From the NCBI GenBank assembly GCA_964502735.1, contig CAZCYD010000003.1, forward strand, positions 33,598 to 97,597: a DNA stretch of 64,000 nt, in the 5' to 3' direction. The position numbers and the translations under genes are program-made. Shown here one piece after another: positions 8,356 to 18,234 of the stretch; within the stretch, counting starts at the first letter, position 1; each line of letters starts with the position of its first letter. The notes below the pieces were generated by a model. It made no database searches. It was not told the origin of the DNA and saw nothing but the letters and a program-made list of their open reading frames with translations. Source of the stretch: an uncultured Pseudobdellovibrionaceae bacterium. GTDB lineage: Bacteria > Bdellovibrionota > Bdellovibrionia > Bdellovibrionales > UBA1609.

Positions 8356-11300
8356 CCAGTTCGCGCTCCAAATCTTTCACTTTATCCAGTACACTTTTAT
8401 CATCGCTTGCAAATTTAATTTTACTCAAAATTTTAATCGACTCTGTCTTATCCTTGATAATCTTAACTAGAAGTATAGCATAGTTCATCATTACGTCGAT
8501 ATCCCTCACTCCACTGTCTAGTATTTTTTCATAAATATTTTTAGCTTTTTTAAAGTCACTCATACCTGTTAAGCAAACAGCATAATTACTTGCGGCTTGA
8601 ACGGCCATCATTTGACCACGACTTAGGTCTCCCTTTAGCTCATTATAACTGTCCTCAATTGGACCAATCGCTGATTTATAATCAGAATACTCTAAGTAAA
8701 TTGAGCTCATATTAGTCAACACGGGCTTATAGTTAGGTTGTAGCGTGGTGGCTTGCTTAAAATTAACAATGGCCTTACGTTGATCTCCATCTTTAATTTC
8801 GATGACACCCAAATTATTGTAAATTGAGGGTGACTTCGGGTGATATGAAACAGCTTTCTCTAAAGCCAACTTTGCCAGTCCTGGTTCGTTTTTGTTTAAG
8901 TAATATATACCGAGTGTATTCAAAGCTTTTAAATCTTTATCGTCTTTAGCTAATTGTTCATGCACGGGCTCGAGATTGTCACTTAACTTATCTCCCATTG
9001 AATCCACTCTCGTTATATAATACACCTTTTCATCATTATTTAAGTGACTACCAGGCTCAAGCTTGCTCATCTCGTTTATAGCCACCTTTAACCATGGCCC
9101 ATATCCACCCAGACTATAACCTCTATTAATTGCAGCTTTATAACTCTCAATAGCTTGATCCTTTAATGGCTTAGCTAATTTTTCAACTTCAGCCTTGTAC
9201 ATTTTGGTTTGTTCGGCATCCAAACCCTTTGGCAAAGGAGCTGAATAGAGTGCTGCGGCCATATGCTGCAGCCCTTGCCCCTGAACAGTAAGAGCTGCAA
9301 CAATTTGGTCAGCATCATCATATCGAATTACAGTTTTGAGATCTTCTCTTAATTTCGTTAATAAGTTCAATTTAGTTTGAACAACTTTACCTTGTTGAGC
9401 CGGATTTTCAGGGATTTTTAACTTCACCAGTTCCAAATATTTAGGATAAATTAAACTAAACTCAGATTGAGAGGCAAATCTTGCTCCAACAGTTGTCCCT
9501 GCCTTTTTAAAGTTATTAAAAATTCTTATTGTTTTTTTATGCCAGTCCTGTGCTGCACTCAGTTTGTTCATCTTTTGATTAAGATCAGCTAGTCTATATA
9601 GAGCTTCAATTATACCAGACTTATTTGCAGACGGACTGTTAACATATTGTTCATAAAACTTCACGGCTGTAGAATACTTCTTTCTTTGCTCCCATATTTT
9701 GGCAATGTAGAATAACGTCTCCCACCTATCGGTTTTTTTACTTTTGGAAAAATAATCCTGATACCCATTTATTGCAGCTGTGTAATGCTGCATAGCCTCT
9801 CTTAATACCGCAGCATTAAATATATAGCTCAAACTGTCTGCATCTTTAGGATATTGTTTTGCATAGACTTCATAGGCTTCAGCAGCCTCTCTGTATTTTC
9901 CGATCTTCTCGTATAGAGGCCCTAAAAATTTTCGACTATTTTTAGATAAATTTTCATTTTTTCTATCTTTAGACTTTGCCACAACTTCATACATACCTAT
10001 TGCGGAAAGTACAGCTAAACCCTTTTCATAGTTTATTCCCGCATTGTAGTAGGCCGAGGTAACTAAATCGGAGCCCGGATTATCTTTGGCAAATTTCAAG
10101 TAGGAGTTAGCTGCCTCCACATGGCTTTTACTCGACTCCAAGTTTTCCGCTCTCTTAAATGCGGATCTCTGCTTAATTCCTTTTATTTGTTTTCCAATGT
10201 TTGAAGTTTGCAATCCAGGAACTTTTAGTAAATTGTCAGCAGCAACTTCAAGCCCTTCGTAATCTTTTTGTAAATTATAAATATCTAAAATTAAATTTGC
10301 AGAATATTCGGCAAATTTGCTATTCGGAGACTCATTAATTACCTCATTAAATATTGCAAGAGCAGGCGGAAATTGATTGTAATAATAATAGAGGGTCCCT
10401 AATTTATATTTTATTTGAAGATTGTTGCTATTCTTAGGTGATTTTTCAAATAAGAGCTTTGATAACTTTTCGAAATTCTTAATAGTTCTATCAAATTCAA
10501 TAGGATTTGTATTCTCACCCACTATAGACTTGATTTCCGCGTTTGTAGGAAGCTGTCTTTCTACTGAAAGAATTGCGTTTATGAGGGCCTGATCAAAATA
10601 CGGACTCTTTGGAGAGTTTTCGACAATCCACATATAGTGGATTGCTGAGTCAGTAAATTTTTTCATATCAAACAGTAATTCTCCATAAAAAAAGTGCATT
10701 TCATCAGAACGACTAGATGTAGGAAAGGTCGTAAAATATAAATCATATCCTCGTTGAGCCATATCCTGTGAAAACTTTGCTCTCGAGTTCTGTGCTGTTT
10801 GATGATTCTGAAGCGTATAATTTCTCAAAGTCGCTTCCGCTAACATTTCAGATTTCGAAACGAGCTCTTTGTTTTTGGCGTTAGATTTCTGCCATGCACT
10901 CCCCGGCCCATAGCGTTCAATCCAAAAAAACAACTCTTCTTTAAAAATTTGACTATTCCCAGCCGAAGAATACATACTCACAATTTTGTATTGTAACTCA
11001 AAGGATTTCGGCGATAATGGATCTCGGCCAACTAAATCCTTAAATATATCTGTAGCCTTATTGCGAGCCCCTCTATCCATATAAAAGTTACCCAAGCGCT
11101 CGTATAAAACGGGAGCTGTTTTAAGACCTGTAACTCTTGAAAAGTATTCGTAGGCATCTTTGTAGTTTCCAGCTTCAGCATAAAATATCACCAAATCATT
11201 TAATGCTTCGCTAGCTAATCTTACACTGCTAACACCACTTTCTGATTTGTCTCCACTCCCCTTAGATTTTCTTCCATGCAAAATTACCTTTTCTAATGTT

Positions 11301-12130
11301 TTCAATGCTGTTGGAAACTTTCCTTGTTTATAAATTGACCATGCAGCTTTGTACATAGCAAATGCGTACAACCTTGATCTTGGCTTTAAAGTTACCTTTC
11401 TATAATATTTTTCTGCCTCTTTCCAATTGTCATTGTCAAAATGGTGTTCTGCCAAAGCAAAATTTGATTCATCTACGTATATGCTCTTTGGGAATCTTGA
11501 GGAAAGTTGCTCATAGAAACCTCTCCCCTTGGAAACTTGCCCTATTTCAAAATAATTGTACCCTAAAAAGAAAAGCGCTTGTGGTACTTTATCATCCTTT
11601 GGAAAATCTCTCAAAAACCACTCATACAACTGGATTGCCTTTTTGTTGTACTCTTTTGCTGAACTTAAGTTTACCTTTGGTTTTGTTTTTATTTTCTTTT
11701 CTTCATACAAGGCCATTTGTTTATCAAACTTGTTGTACTCGCTATATTCAATCAGCCTGGCCTTTTCGACATACAACTCAGCAAGTCTCAACCACAGCTC
11801 TCCTCTTTTACTGCTATTTTTAAATTTTTGCGTCAACTTAAATAATTGATTTATACCAGCATCTGTGATCTTAAGTAGTTGAGCCTCGTCAGAGTCGACA
11901 TCATAGTACATCTTCGCCGTAGAGGGTGGCTTGACGCTTTTAAGGTTTACCGACTTGGAAGACTGCTGTGTTGTAACATTACTGAACTTAGGAAGGTTAC
12001 TGCTCTTCTTTTTTAACTCAGCCTGTTTTTCGATGTTTTTAAGCAAATCACCAACGGTACTCCCCCGCTTTCCGTACGAAGGTGAATAAGCTAAAATTAT
12101 AAAAAATGAAATTACTAATACCTTATTCAC
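8345..12130 (-). CDS. gltD: Large secreted TPR protein, GltD/AgmU-like, with an extra C-terminal TPR block
   Basis: Signal peptide; ELWLRLAELY, FPKDDKVPQALFFLG, many TPRs, DADQIVAALTVQG; C-terminal YNNLGV TPRs. Confidence 0.8.
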   Translation of the reverse strand: MNKVLVISFFIILAYSPSYGKRGSTVGDLLKNIEKQAELKKKSSNLPKFSNVTTQQSSKSVNLKSVKPPSTAKMYYDVDSDEAQLLKITDAGINQLFKLTQKFKNSSKRGELWLRLAELYVEKARLIEYSEYNKFDKQMALYEEKKIKTKPKVNLSSAKEYNKKAIQLYEWFLRDFPKDDKVPQALFFLGYNYFEIGQVSKGRGFYEQLSSRFPKSIYVDESNFALAEHHFDNDNWKEAEKYYRKVTLKPRSRLYAFAMYKAAWSIYKQGKFPTALKTLEKVILHGRKSKGSGDKSESGVSSVRLASEALNDLVIFYAEAGNYKDAYEYFSRVTGLKTAPVLYERLGNFYMDRGARNKATDIFKDLVGRDPLSPKSFELQYKIVSMYSSAGNSQIFKEELFFWIERYGPGSAWQKSNAKNKELVSKSEMLAEATLRNYTLQNHQTAQNSRAKFSQDMAQRGYDLYFTTFPTSSRSDEMHFFYGELLFDMKKFTDSAIHYMWIVENSPKSPYFDQALINAILSVERQLPTNAEIKSIVGENTNPIEFDRTIKNFEKLSKLLFEKSPKNSNNLQIKYKLGTLYYYYNQFPPALAIFNEVINESPNSKFAEYSANLILDIYNLQKDYEGLEVAADNLLKVPGLQTSNIGKQIKGIKQRSAFKRAENLESSKSHVEAANSYLKFAKDNPGSDLVTSAYYNAGINYEKGLAVLSAIGMYEVVAKSKDRKNENLSKNSRKFLGPLYEKIGKYREAAEAYEVYAKQYPKDADSLSYIFNAAVLREAMQHYTAAINGYQDYFSKSKKTDRWETLFYIAKIWEQRKKYSTAVKFYEQYVNSPSANKSGIIEALYRLADLNQKMNKLSAAQDWHKKTIRIFNNFKKAGTTVGARFASQSEFSLIYPKYLELVKLKIPENPAQQGKVVQTKLNLLTKLREDLKTVIRYDDADQIVAALTVQGQGLQHMAAALYSAPLPKGLDAEQTKMYKAEVEKLAKPLKDQAIESYKAAINRGYSLGGYGPWLKVAINEMSKLEPGSHLNNDEKVYYITRVDSMGDKLSDNLEPVHEQLAKDDKDLKALNTLGIYYLNKNEPGLAKLALEKAVSYHPKSPSIYNNLGVIEIKDGDQRKAIVNFKQATTLQPNYKPVLTNMSSIYLEYSDYKSAIGPIEDSYNELKGDLSRGQMMAVQAASNYAVCLTGMSDFKKAKNIYEKILDSGVRDIDVMMNYAILLVKIIKDKTESIKILSKIKFASDDKSVLDKVKDLERELDAI

Positions 12131-13793
12131 AACTTTGTGTCCCTACATAGTGATAATTTCCTAACTCATCCAACCAATATTCACCCTCAAAGGGCCAGTA
12201 TTGATACCCATTTTGCACATAAAAATCTCGTTCAGTATTTTCATCCACGGTGCGAGGCAGCCCCTTGCCTGCTACTCGCTTTTTTACAGCCTGTTTTTTT
12301 CCATTAAGCATTTCGTATCTAATAAAGCCCTCTTGCTCAAACAAGTCGAACAATTCAAATCTTATATTGCTGAGGTGATGCCTTAGTTGCCTACCTGCCT
12401 TTTTCTTGGACTTATCTAAACGAGTTTTGAGTGTTCTTTCTGCATACCTTCCAAGCGGAGAATTCTTCCACTCATCGGACATTTGATATAACCTATCTAA
12501 CTCATCTTTGATTCTGCCAATATAGTGGCGAGTTCGCTTATAATCACCTTCTTTACTTATTTGTCTTCCAACAACAAACGGTAAGTTAAACTTTGACTTG
12601 TCCAACTCGTCTCCTAGCTCTTTAAACTCAGCCATCATACTTTCTACGTCTTCATACAACTCATTGGGAAGTCTTACTCTCTTTAAATAATCTTTCACAC
12701 CCTTATAGACAGGCATGTACAATGTATTAAATAAGTTTAGTACCTTTTCCATTTCATCATATTGACAAATGTAGAGATAAACTATCGATCGCAATAACAA
12801 AGCTTCGGGTTGGTAGAAGTTGTCGTAAAATGATGAATGTATTGTTTGAAAGTTACTGATAGCTGATCTAAACATCCCTGAGCGCAACATTGCCCAGCTC
12901 GACTCAAACAGAGTGTCGTGCCATATTTCTGTGTCTCTTGGCACCTGCCTATAAAGCTCGATTGCCTTTTCCCAGTTCTTACCTTGATACTGAACCCTTG
13001 CGGCACCAACCAATGCTGAGACTCTGGCAGGATCTGTGACAGGTTTATTTGCCTGACTGTCATACAGATCATTAAAAGCTGTAAGAGCGTTTTTTACGTC
13101 CCCCCTTTCCGTATAAGCAAGGCCTTCTGAATACTTTGCCTTTTCAAATAAATTACTAGACCTTCCCACCCTTGAAAAACTATTAATTGCGTTAGAGTAG
13201 GATTTTGCTCTTAGCTGATACTCTCCGATGCGATAGTACAGCATATCCCTCATTGTTCGTGGAAATTTTTCTACTTGGATTCGAGCTATAGCGTAGTTCA
13301 GTAGAGTGTCATCACCCAAGTTGTCCGCAACAAGAGAGAGCTTCTCTAAGCTTTGCTTTAAATATTTTGCATCTGCCGTTTTTATTACACTGATAAACTG
13401 AAAAGCTGAAAGTTGGTAAAACTTCATTTGATAAAGCATCATTCCCAAAATATAACGGATTTGAACTCTTTGTTTTTTATATCTAGGATCTAAACTCAAC
13501 CTAAATAACTGCTGTGCAGCCACAGCATATTGACCCGATTTAGCATTTGACAAAGCTATCGAGAGTGGAGATGTCTTGGGCGCAGTTCTTACTCTTCGTA
13601 CATTTTTTTTCCCTGGCAAAACTCTTGTCCTTCGACTGGCTTGAGCAATATCAGTTGCCCAACTTTCTGAGCTGCTATCTATTTGATCAAAAAGATCTGC
13701 CTCAGTCTGAGCACTGGATGGAACGATGGATGCGAACAAAAATGTTATTAAAAGTATTCCTGTTTTTATCATCTGTAAGTCGCTCCTGGCCAA
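12123..13793 (-). CDS. gltC: Secreted TPR protein, GltC-like
   Basis: Signal peptide, TPRs, LFESSWAM, FYQPEALLLRSIVYLYIC, C-terminal WPFEGEYWLDELGNY. Confidence 0.8.
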   Translation of the reverse strand: MARSDLQMIKTGILLITFLFASIVPSSAQTEADLFDQIDSSSESWATDIAQASRRTRVLPGKKNVRRVRTAPKTSPLSIALSNAKSGQYAVAAQQLFRLSLDPRYKKQRVQIRYILGMMLYQMKFYQLSAFQFISVIKTADAKYLKQSLEKLSLVADNLGDDTLLNYAIARIQVEKFPRTMRDMLYYRIGEYQLRAKSYSNAINSFSRVGRSSNLFEKAKYSEGLAYTERGDVKNALTAFNDLYDSQANKPVTDPARVSALVGAARVQYQGKNWEKAIELYRQVPRDTEIWHDTLFESSWAMLRSGMFRSAISNFQTIHSSFYDNFYQPEALLLRSIVYLYICQYDEMEKVLNLFNTLYMPVYKGVKDYLKRVRLPNELYEDVESMMAEFKELGDELDKSKFNLPFVVGRQISKEGDYKRTRHYIGRIKDELDRLYQMSDEWKNSPLGRYAERTLKTRLDKSKKKAGRQLRHHLSNIRFELFDLFEQEGFIRYEMLNGKKQAVKKRVAGKGLPRTVDENTERDFYVQNGYQYWPFEGEYWLDELGNYHYVGTQSCE

Positions 13794-14602
13794 TAGAAAC
13801 TCATTCCCAAGGCAATAAATAAATCTGTCTGCATTTTTCTACCTGGCGATAAACCACCCGTGCCCGTTGCATCTTCTAGAATGTCTGCACGGTAGGTATT
13901 TAAAGCAAAATCCCATCGAAACGCTGTAGATTTTGTAAGATAAAACTGCTGTCCGGTGCCCAAGTGCATCGTCGGCTCCTGTTTATTCATTCCAGTTTTA
14001 GACATCCCTCCACCCGCAGAAAAATAAAGATCAAATGGAACTATTTTTTTATTAAACAACGCAATTTTTCCATATATTGGAAGCCATTTGTAAGACGCTC
14101 CCATATAGGTTTCTGGAACCACTAAACTCCTCGTTTGTACTTTTTGATTGTTGCGCAAATTCTCAGTAACATCGCGTTCGTTGCTATTTAACCAAAAAAA
14201 CTGGAATTCAAATCCATGGTGCTCGGTCAAATAATATGCAGCCCTTGAAACTAAGCCCCAATTATTAAAAAAAGCATTATTTAGGCTATTCCCCAATGCC
14301 GCACTAAATTCAAACCTATTTGTCTTTGGCATAAAACGCTTTTGAATAACCGCAATGTTTTCAAATGGAGATAACGTTTTTAATTCTGCAAGTGTGCCCT
14401 CTTCTGATTTATCTATGGTGACTCTTTTCTTTTGTTTTTTAATTTGCTCATCACTTGATTTTTTTTCTTCTTGTTTATCGTATTCATCATAGAGTGCTTC
14501 GAGCTCAATACTCGCTTCTGATGATGTATCTAAATCCGGAGTCTGAGCCAACACATAGCTCTGACTAAAAAACACACTCAAAATTAATAGCTTTATATTC
14601 AC
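13769..14602 (-). CDS. Outer-membrane beta-barrel protein, GltA/GltB-like
   Basis: Signal peptide; VIQKRFMPKTNRFEFS, NNAFF, PIYGKIALF, FDLYF, HLGTGQQFY; aromatic C-terminal strand. Confidence 0.8.
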   Translation of the reverse strand: MNIKLLILSVFFSQSYVLAQTPDLDTSSEASIELEALYDEYDKQEEKKSSDEQIKKQKKRVTIDKSEEGTLAELKTLSPFENIAVIQKRFMPKTNRFEFSAALGNSLNNAFFNNWGLVSRAAYYLTEHHGFEFQFFWLNSNERDVTENLRNNQKVQTRSLVVPETYMGASYKWLPIYGKIALFNKKIVPFDLYFSAGGGMSKTGMNKQEPTMHLGTGQQFYLTKSTAFRWDFALNTYRADILEDATGTGGLSPGRKMQTDLFIALGMSFYWPGATYR

Positions 14603-14897
14603 GTTGTGATTACCCCAGTAAAAGCACTGTCATTTTAATACGATAGCAAAGTTATTAAGATTTGCTAAATACACTCTTACAATCTGGACTTAGGGTTCGT
14701 TGAAAAATAACTGGCATTTTTTTAATAAATCCTTAAGAGGGATAAACACTTCGCTTAAATCACAACGATCTTAATGTTTAAAATATAATTTTTAAAAATC
14801 CCTTTTAAATTTTTATGTTACGTAGATTGTAAGTTAAGAATTCGCATCTAAATTTAGTTAGATCACCCAATGGATGACAGCGACTAAGCAGGAGCTA

Positions 14898-14907
14898 CCC
14901 CCCCCCC
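14898..14907. repeat. C10 homopolymer (G10 on the minus strand) in the intergenic gap of the glt locus
   Basis: gcta-CCCCCCCCCC-gcaagtcaa seen directly in an otherwise very AT-rich spacer. Confidence 0.9.
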
Positions 14908-14959
14908 GCAAGTCAAAGGGTTTGAGAAAAATTTAACGCAAATTATCCACAAATTTAGG

Positions 14960-15685
14960 TTATAACAAGTAAACTAATCCAAAATGAAAGAAGGTCCGAA
15001 AGAATAGACTTTCCTTTAGGCTTGAACTTGAAACTGGAGAACTCACAAAATTAGGGTTTAGTGTTGTTGCGCTTGTAGGATCTGGTCCTGAATACGTTAG
15101 ACCTAACAGATCCATTCTTATCGCCAAGTTTTTGCTTAAATAGAATTTTTGCCCCATTCCAACTTGAGCCCCAACGGCAGAAGAGTCCGTTAAATTAATG
15201 CTTGATAAGCCTGCTAACCCATATAGAGAAATATTCATAACATAGTTTTTGCTCAAACTAATTTTACCGTAATAAGCCGTTATTTGATAGTTAAGTAACA
15301 TATAGGACTTGGGATAAGGTGCCAAGCTGGCGTCAAAACGCCCTCCACTGAGACCTTTTCCTGCCGCAAGATCTTTTCCCATTGCAGATAAGCCTTCTAA
15401 AGGCATAATACCGATAAAATTAACAGCATGAAGATTCGTAAAATTGTAGGAAAGATTGAAGTTAAAGTTCTTATTATCGTATAAGGCCTCAGTCAGGTTA
15501 AGACCAGCTCCCCCTCCCATTTCAAATCGTTCTTCAGTTGGAACATTTCGACTCTTGACGACCTCAACTTTATCAAAAACTGGAAGCACTGATTCCTGTG
15601 CCAGCTCGCTGTCTGGAAACTCAATAACTTGAGCACCTAAATTTATGGAGGCAATAAAACATAGCACGGCGATTAAATTTTTCAT
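14960..15685 (-). CDS. Outer-membrane beta-barrel protein, GltA/GltB-like
   Basis: Signal peptide; ELAQESVLPVFD...VKSRNV, YYGKISLSK, GMGQKFY, C-terminal FGLVYLL; paralogous to 13769-14602. Confidence 0.8.
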   Translation of the reverse strand: MKNLIAVLCFIASINLGAQVIEFPDSELAQESVLPVFDKVEVVKSRNVPTEERFEMGGGAGLNLTEALYDNKNFNFNLSYNFTNLHAVNFIGIMPLEGLSAMGKDLAAGKGLSGGRFDASLAPYPKSYMLLNYQITAYYGKISLSKNYVMNISLYGLAGLSSINLTDSSAVGAQVGMGQKFYLSKNLAIRMDLLGLTYSGPDPTSATTLNPNFVSSPVSSSSLKESLFFRTFFHFGLVYLL

Positions 15686-15692
15686 AACTTAT

Positions 15693-15698
15693 ATCATA
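15693..15698 (-). promoter_or_regulatory. -10 box of a probable leaderless transcript
   Basis: TATGAT 7 nt upstream of the ATG at 15685; no SD. Confidence 0.45.
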
Positions 15699-15818
15699 AT
15701 GAAGATTTGATGTTTTTGGCTATTTGTGTTGGAGGAACTAGACCAAAATGCTGGACAAGGATCTCTTTAATGCTAGATTATAATTTTTGATCAGATCTAC
15801 TTTACCAAAAGAGGTTCT

Positions 15819-16280
15819 ATGGATTTCTCAATATGGGGATATGACATCATGGCATGGCAGTTCTTTGCCTCAATGTGTGTAGTGTTTATTTTTTTGGAGG
15901 TCTTCGTTCCAGGCTTTGTTATGTTACCCATTGGCATCGCCAGTTTACTTACCGCTCCCTTTACCTTTTTTTTTGACAACTGGCTATCTCAACTTTTAAT
16001 TTTTGGATTCAATCTTATCGCTGTTTTTGTGATATTCATCAAGTTAGTACGTCCCAAAATTAAAAAAGAAAGATTTAAAACTAATATTGAAACTTTAGTC
16101 GGTAGTTATGCAGAGGTAACAGAGAGTTTTAGTGGGAGCAAAACAGGATACGTCAAGCTCTATGGAGATAGATGGCAAGCTTACTCAGATGACCATGCTG
16201 ACTTTAAAATTGGAGATCGAGTTGAAATCGTAAGATTAGATGGAAACAAAGTTGTAGTCAGACTTTGCAACAATAAATAA
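15819..16280 (+). CDS. NfeD-like membrane protein
   Basis: Hydrophobic N-terminus with FLEVFVPG, C-terminal OB fold GYVKLYGDRWQA...VEIVRLDGNKVVV; paired with an SPFH gene. Confidence 0.9.
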   Translation: MDFSIWGYDIMAWQFFASMCVVFIFLEVFVPGFVMLPIGIASLLTAPFTFFFDNWLSQLLIFGFNLIAVFVIFIKLVRPKIKKERFKTNIETLVGSYAEVTESFSGSKTGYVKLYGDRWQAYSDDHADFKIGDRVEIVRLDGNKVVVRLCNNK

Positions 16281-16291
16281 GGGAGACACGA

Positions 16292-17245
16292 ATGGAATTT
16301 GGATTATTCTTTACCATAGCAATTGTTTTACTAGGAATTGTGCTTATAACCAAGGGGTTTAAAGTTGTCAGACAAAGTGAGTGTATAATTGTAGAAAGAC
16401 TAGGAAGTTACTACAAAACTCTGAATAATGGATTTAATTTTATCATTCCATTTTTTGACCAACCTCGACACCTCTATTGGGTAGTCAATGGACAAATTTG
16501 GCCAACTGAAAGACTTGACCTTCGTGAGACCGTCTTGGACGTCCCTGAACAAGCCGTAATTACCAAAGATAATGTATCTATTAGCATTGATGCCATAATG
16601 TACATTCAAATTACTAATCCTGTAAAAGCAACATATGAGATATCTAATTTACCACTAGCTGTGGCTCAGCTAGCTCAGACTTCTCTACGAAACGTAATCG
16701 GCGAAATGGACCTAGATGAGACCCTAGCTTCTCGAGATATCATCAACACAAAACTTAAAAATATTTTAGATGAGGCCACAGACAAGTGGGGGGTAAAAGT
16801 CAACCGAGTGGAACTTAGAAATATCACTCCACCTAATGATATCCAAGTTGCGATGGAGAAGCAAATGCAAGCCGAGCGAGAAAGACGAGCTAAAGTTCTC
16901 GAGGCTGAAGGTGACAAGCAGGCTCGTATTGCCAGATCTGAGGGGCAAAAACAAGAACAAATTAATATTGCTGAGGGAGAAAAAGAAGCTAAAATCCGCC
17001 AAGCTGAAGGTGAAGCTGAGGCCATTCGAGAGGTGGCAATGGCTAAGAAAAACGCGATTGATGCAATCTTAAGTTCAATTAAGTCAGAAAACCTAGCGAC
17101 TCAATATTTAATTGCCTCCAACTACCTAGAGGTCTTTAAAGATTTTACACAAGGTGAGGGAGATAAGGTTTTTATTCCTTACGAATCAAGCACAGCACTG
17201 GGAACAATTGGCTCGATTAAAGAACTTCTAAGTCCAAACAAATAG
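16292..17245 (+). CDS. SPFH/stomatin (band 7) family protein
   Basis: IVERLG, DLRE, QAVITKDN, AQTSLRNVIG, KWGVKVNRVE, MEKQMQAERERRA. Confidence 0.95.
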   Translation: MEFGLFFTIAIVLLGIVLITKGFKVVRQSECIIVERLGSYYKTLNNGFNFIIPFFDQPRHLYWVVNGQIWPTERLDLRETVLDVPEQAVITKDNVSISIDAIMYIQITNPVKATYEISNLPLAVAQLAQTSLRNVIGEMDLDETLASRDIINTKLKNILDEATDKWGVKVNRVELRNITPPNDIQVAMEKQMQAERERRAKVLEAEGDKQARIARSEGQKQEQINIAEGEKEAKIRQAEGEAEAIREVAMAKKNAIDAILSSIKSENLATQYLIASNYLEVFKDFTQGEGDKVFIPYESSTALGTIGSIKELLSPNK

Positions 17246-17250
17246 CCATT

Positions 17251-18234
17251 CTATCGAATATTGGCTTGCAAAATATCTTGTATATGAATCAAACCCACTG
17301 CCTTTAGTGGGTTTGAAGACACTTTGTCTACAACGAAAAGTCTATCAATCTTGAACTGCTCCATGAAAAAAAGTGCCTTTTCTGCAAGTTCATTGCGATC
17401 TATTGTCTTGGGGTCCCTGGACATCCAATCACGGGCTCGTTCTTCTAAAGAAAATATGGACTTTTGAAGACGACGGCGAATATCACCATCTGTAATTGAG
17501 CCAATAAGGCTTTCATCCCCATCTACAACGCCAGCAACTCCTCGCACCTCTTGCGCTGTCATTAGCGCAATAACGTTAGTCATCTTCTCATCTAGTGGTA
17601 CAAGGGGCAAAGCTGACTCCTTATGCATCAAATCAGAAACTCTAAGAATCAAACGTCGGCCAAGCTTTCCCCCTGGGTGATATTCAGCAAAATTATCTTT
17701 ACTAAATCCCTTCTCTTTCAATACGGCCATAGCTAAAGCGTCACCTAGAGCTAAACTGACTGTCGTGCTTGAGGTGGGTGCCAAACCCAAGGGACAAGCC
17801 TCTTCACGAACAGTTGCTTTTAAAGTAACTTGAGCCGCCTTTCCAAGAGTACTACCTAGTTTTCCGGTCATTGCAATAAGCGGAATATTTTTTCTTGTGA
17901 TATAATTGAGAATTGGAAATAATTCCGAAGATTCCCCACCATTGCTAATGGCGACGACAACATCATCATTAGAAATTACCCCCATATCACCATGTGAACT
18001 CTCTGCAGGATGCAAGAAAACGCTTGGCGTACCCGTAGAACTCAATGTAGCCGATATTTTTCTGGCAATATGCCCGGACTTACCCATACCTGTTATGACA
18101 ACCTTTCCTTTGCAATTCATCACAAGCTGAACGGCTTCAACAAAACTTTCATCAAGTTGTTCTGCAGCATCTAAAACTGACTGAGCCTCCAAAGCCAAGA
18201 CTCTACGGCCCTCACTTATAATATTTTTGCTCAT
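17251..18234 (-). CDS. kdsD: Arabinose-5-phosphate isomerase (KpsF/GutQ family, SIS + CBS)
   Basis: [47 protein letters not shown], two CBS domains. Confidence 0.95.
   Translation of the reverse strand: MSKNIISEGRRVLALEAQSVLDAAEQLDESFVEAVQLVMNCKGKVVITGMGKSGHIARKISATLSSTGTPSVFLHPAESSHGDMGVISNDDVVVAISNGGESSELFPILNYITRKNIPLIAMTGKLGSTLGKAAQVTLKATVREEACPLGLAPTSSTTVSLALGDALAMAVLKEKGFSKDNFAEYHPGGKLGRRLILRVSDLMHKESALPLVPLDEKMTNVIALMTAQEVRGVAGVVDGDESLIGSITDGDIRRRLQKSIFSLEERARDWMSRDPKTIDRNELAEKALFFMEQFKIDRLFVVDKVSSNPLKAVGLIHIQDILQANIR

Noticed and set aside
14943-14951. Perfect DnaA box TTATCCACA
   Set aside because: Single copy with no box cluster and no dnaA/dnaN/gidA context; one hit in 64 kb of AT-rich DNA is expected by chance.
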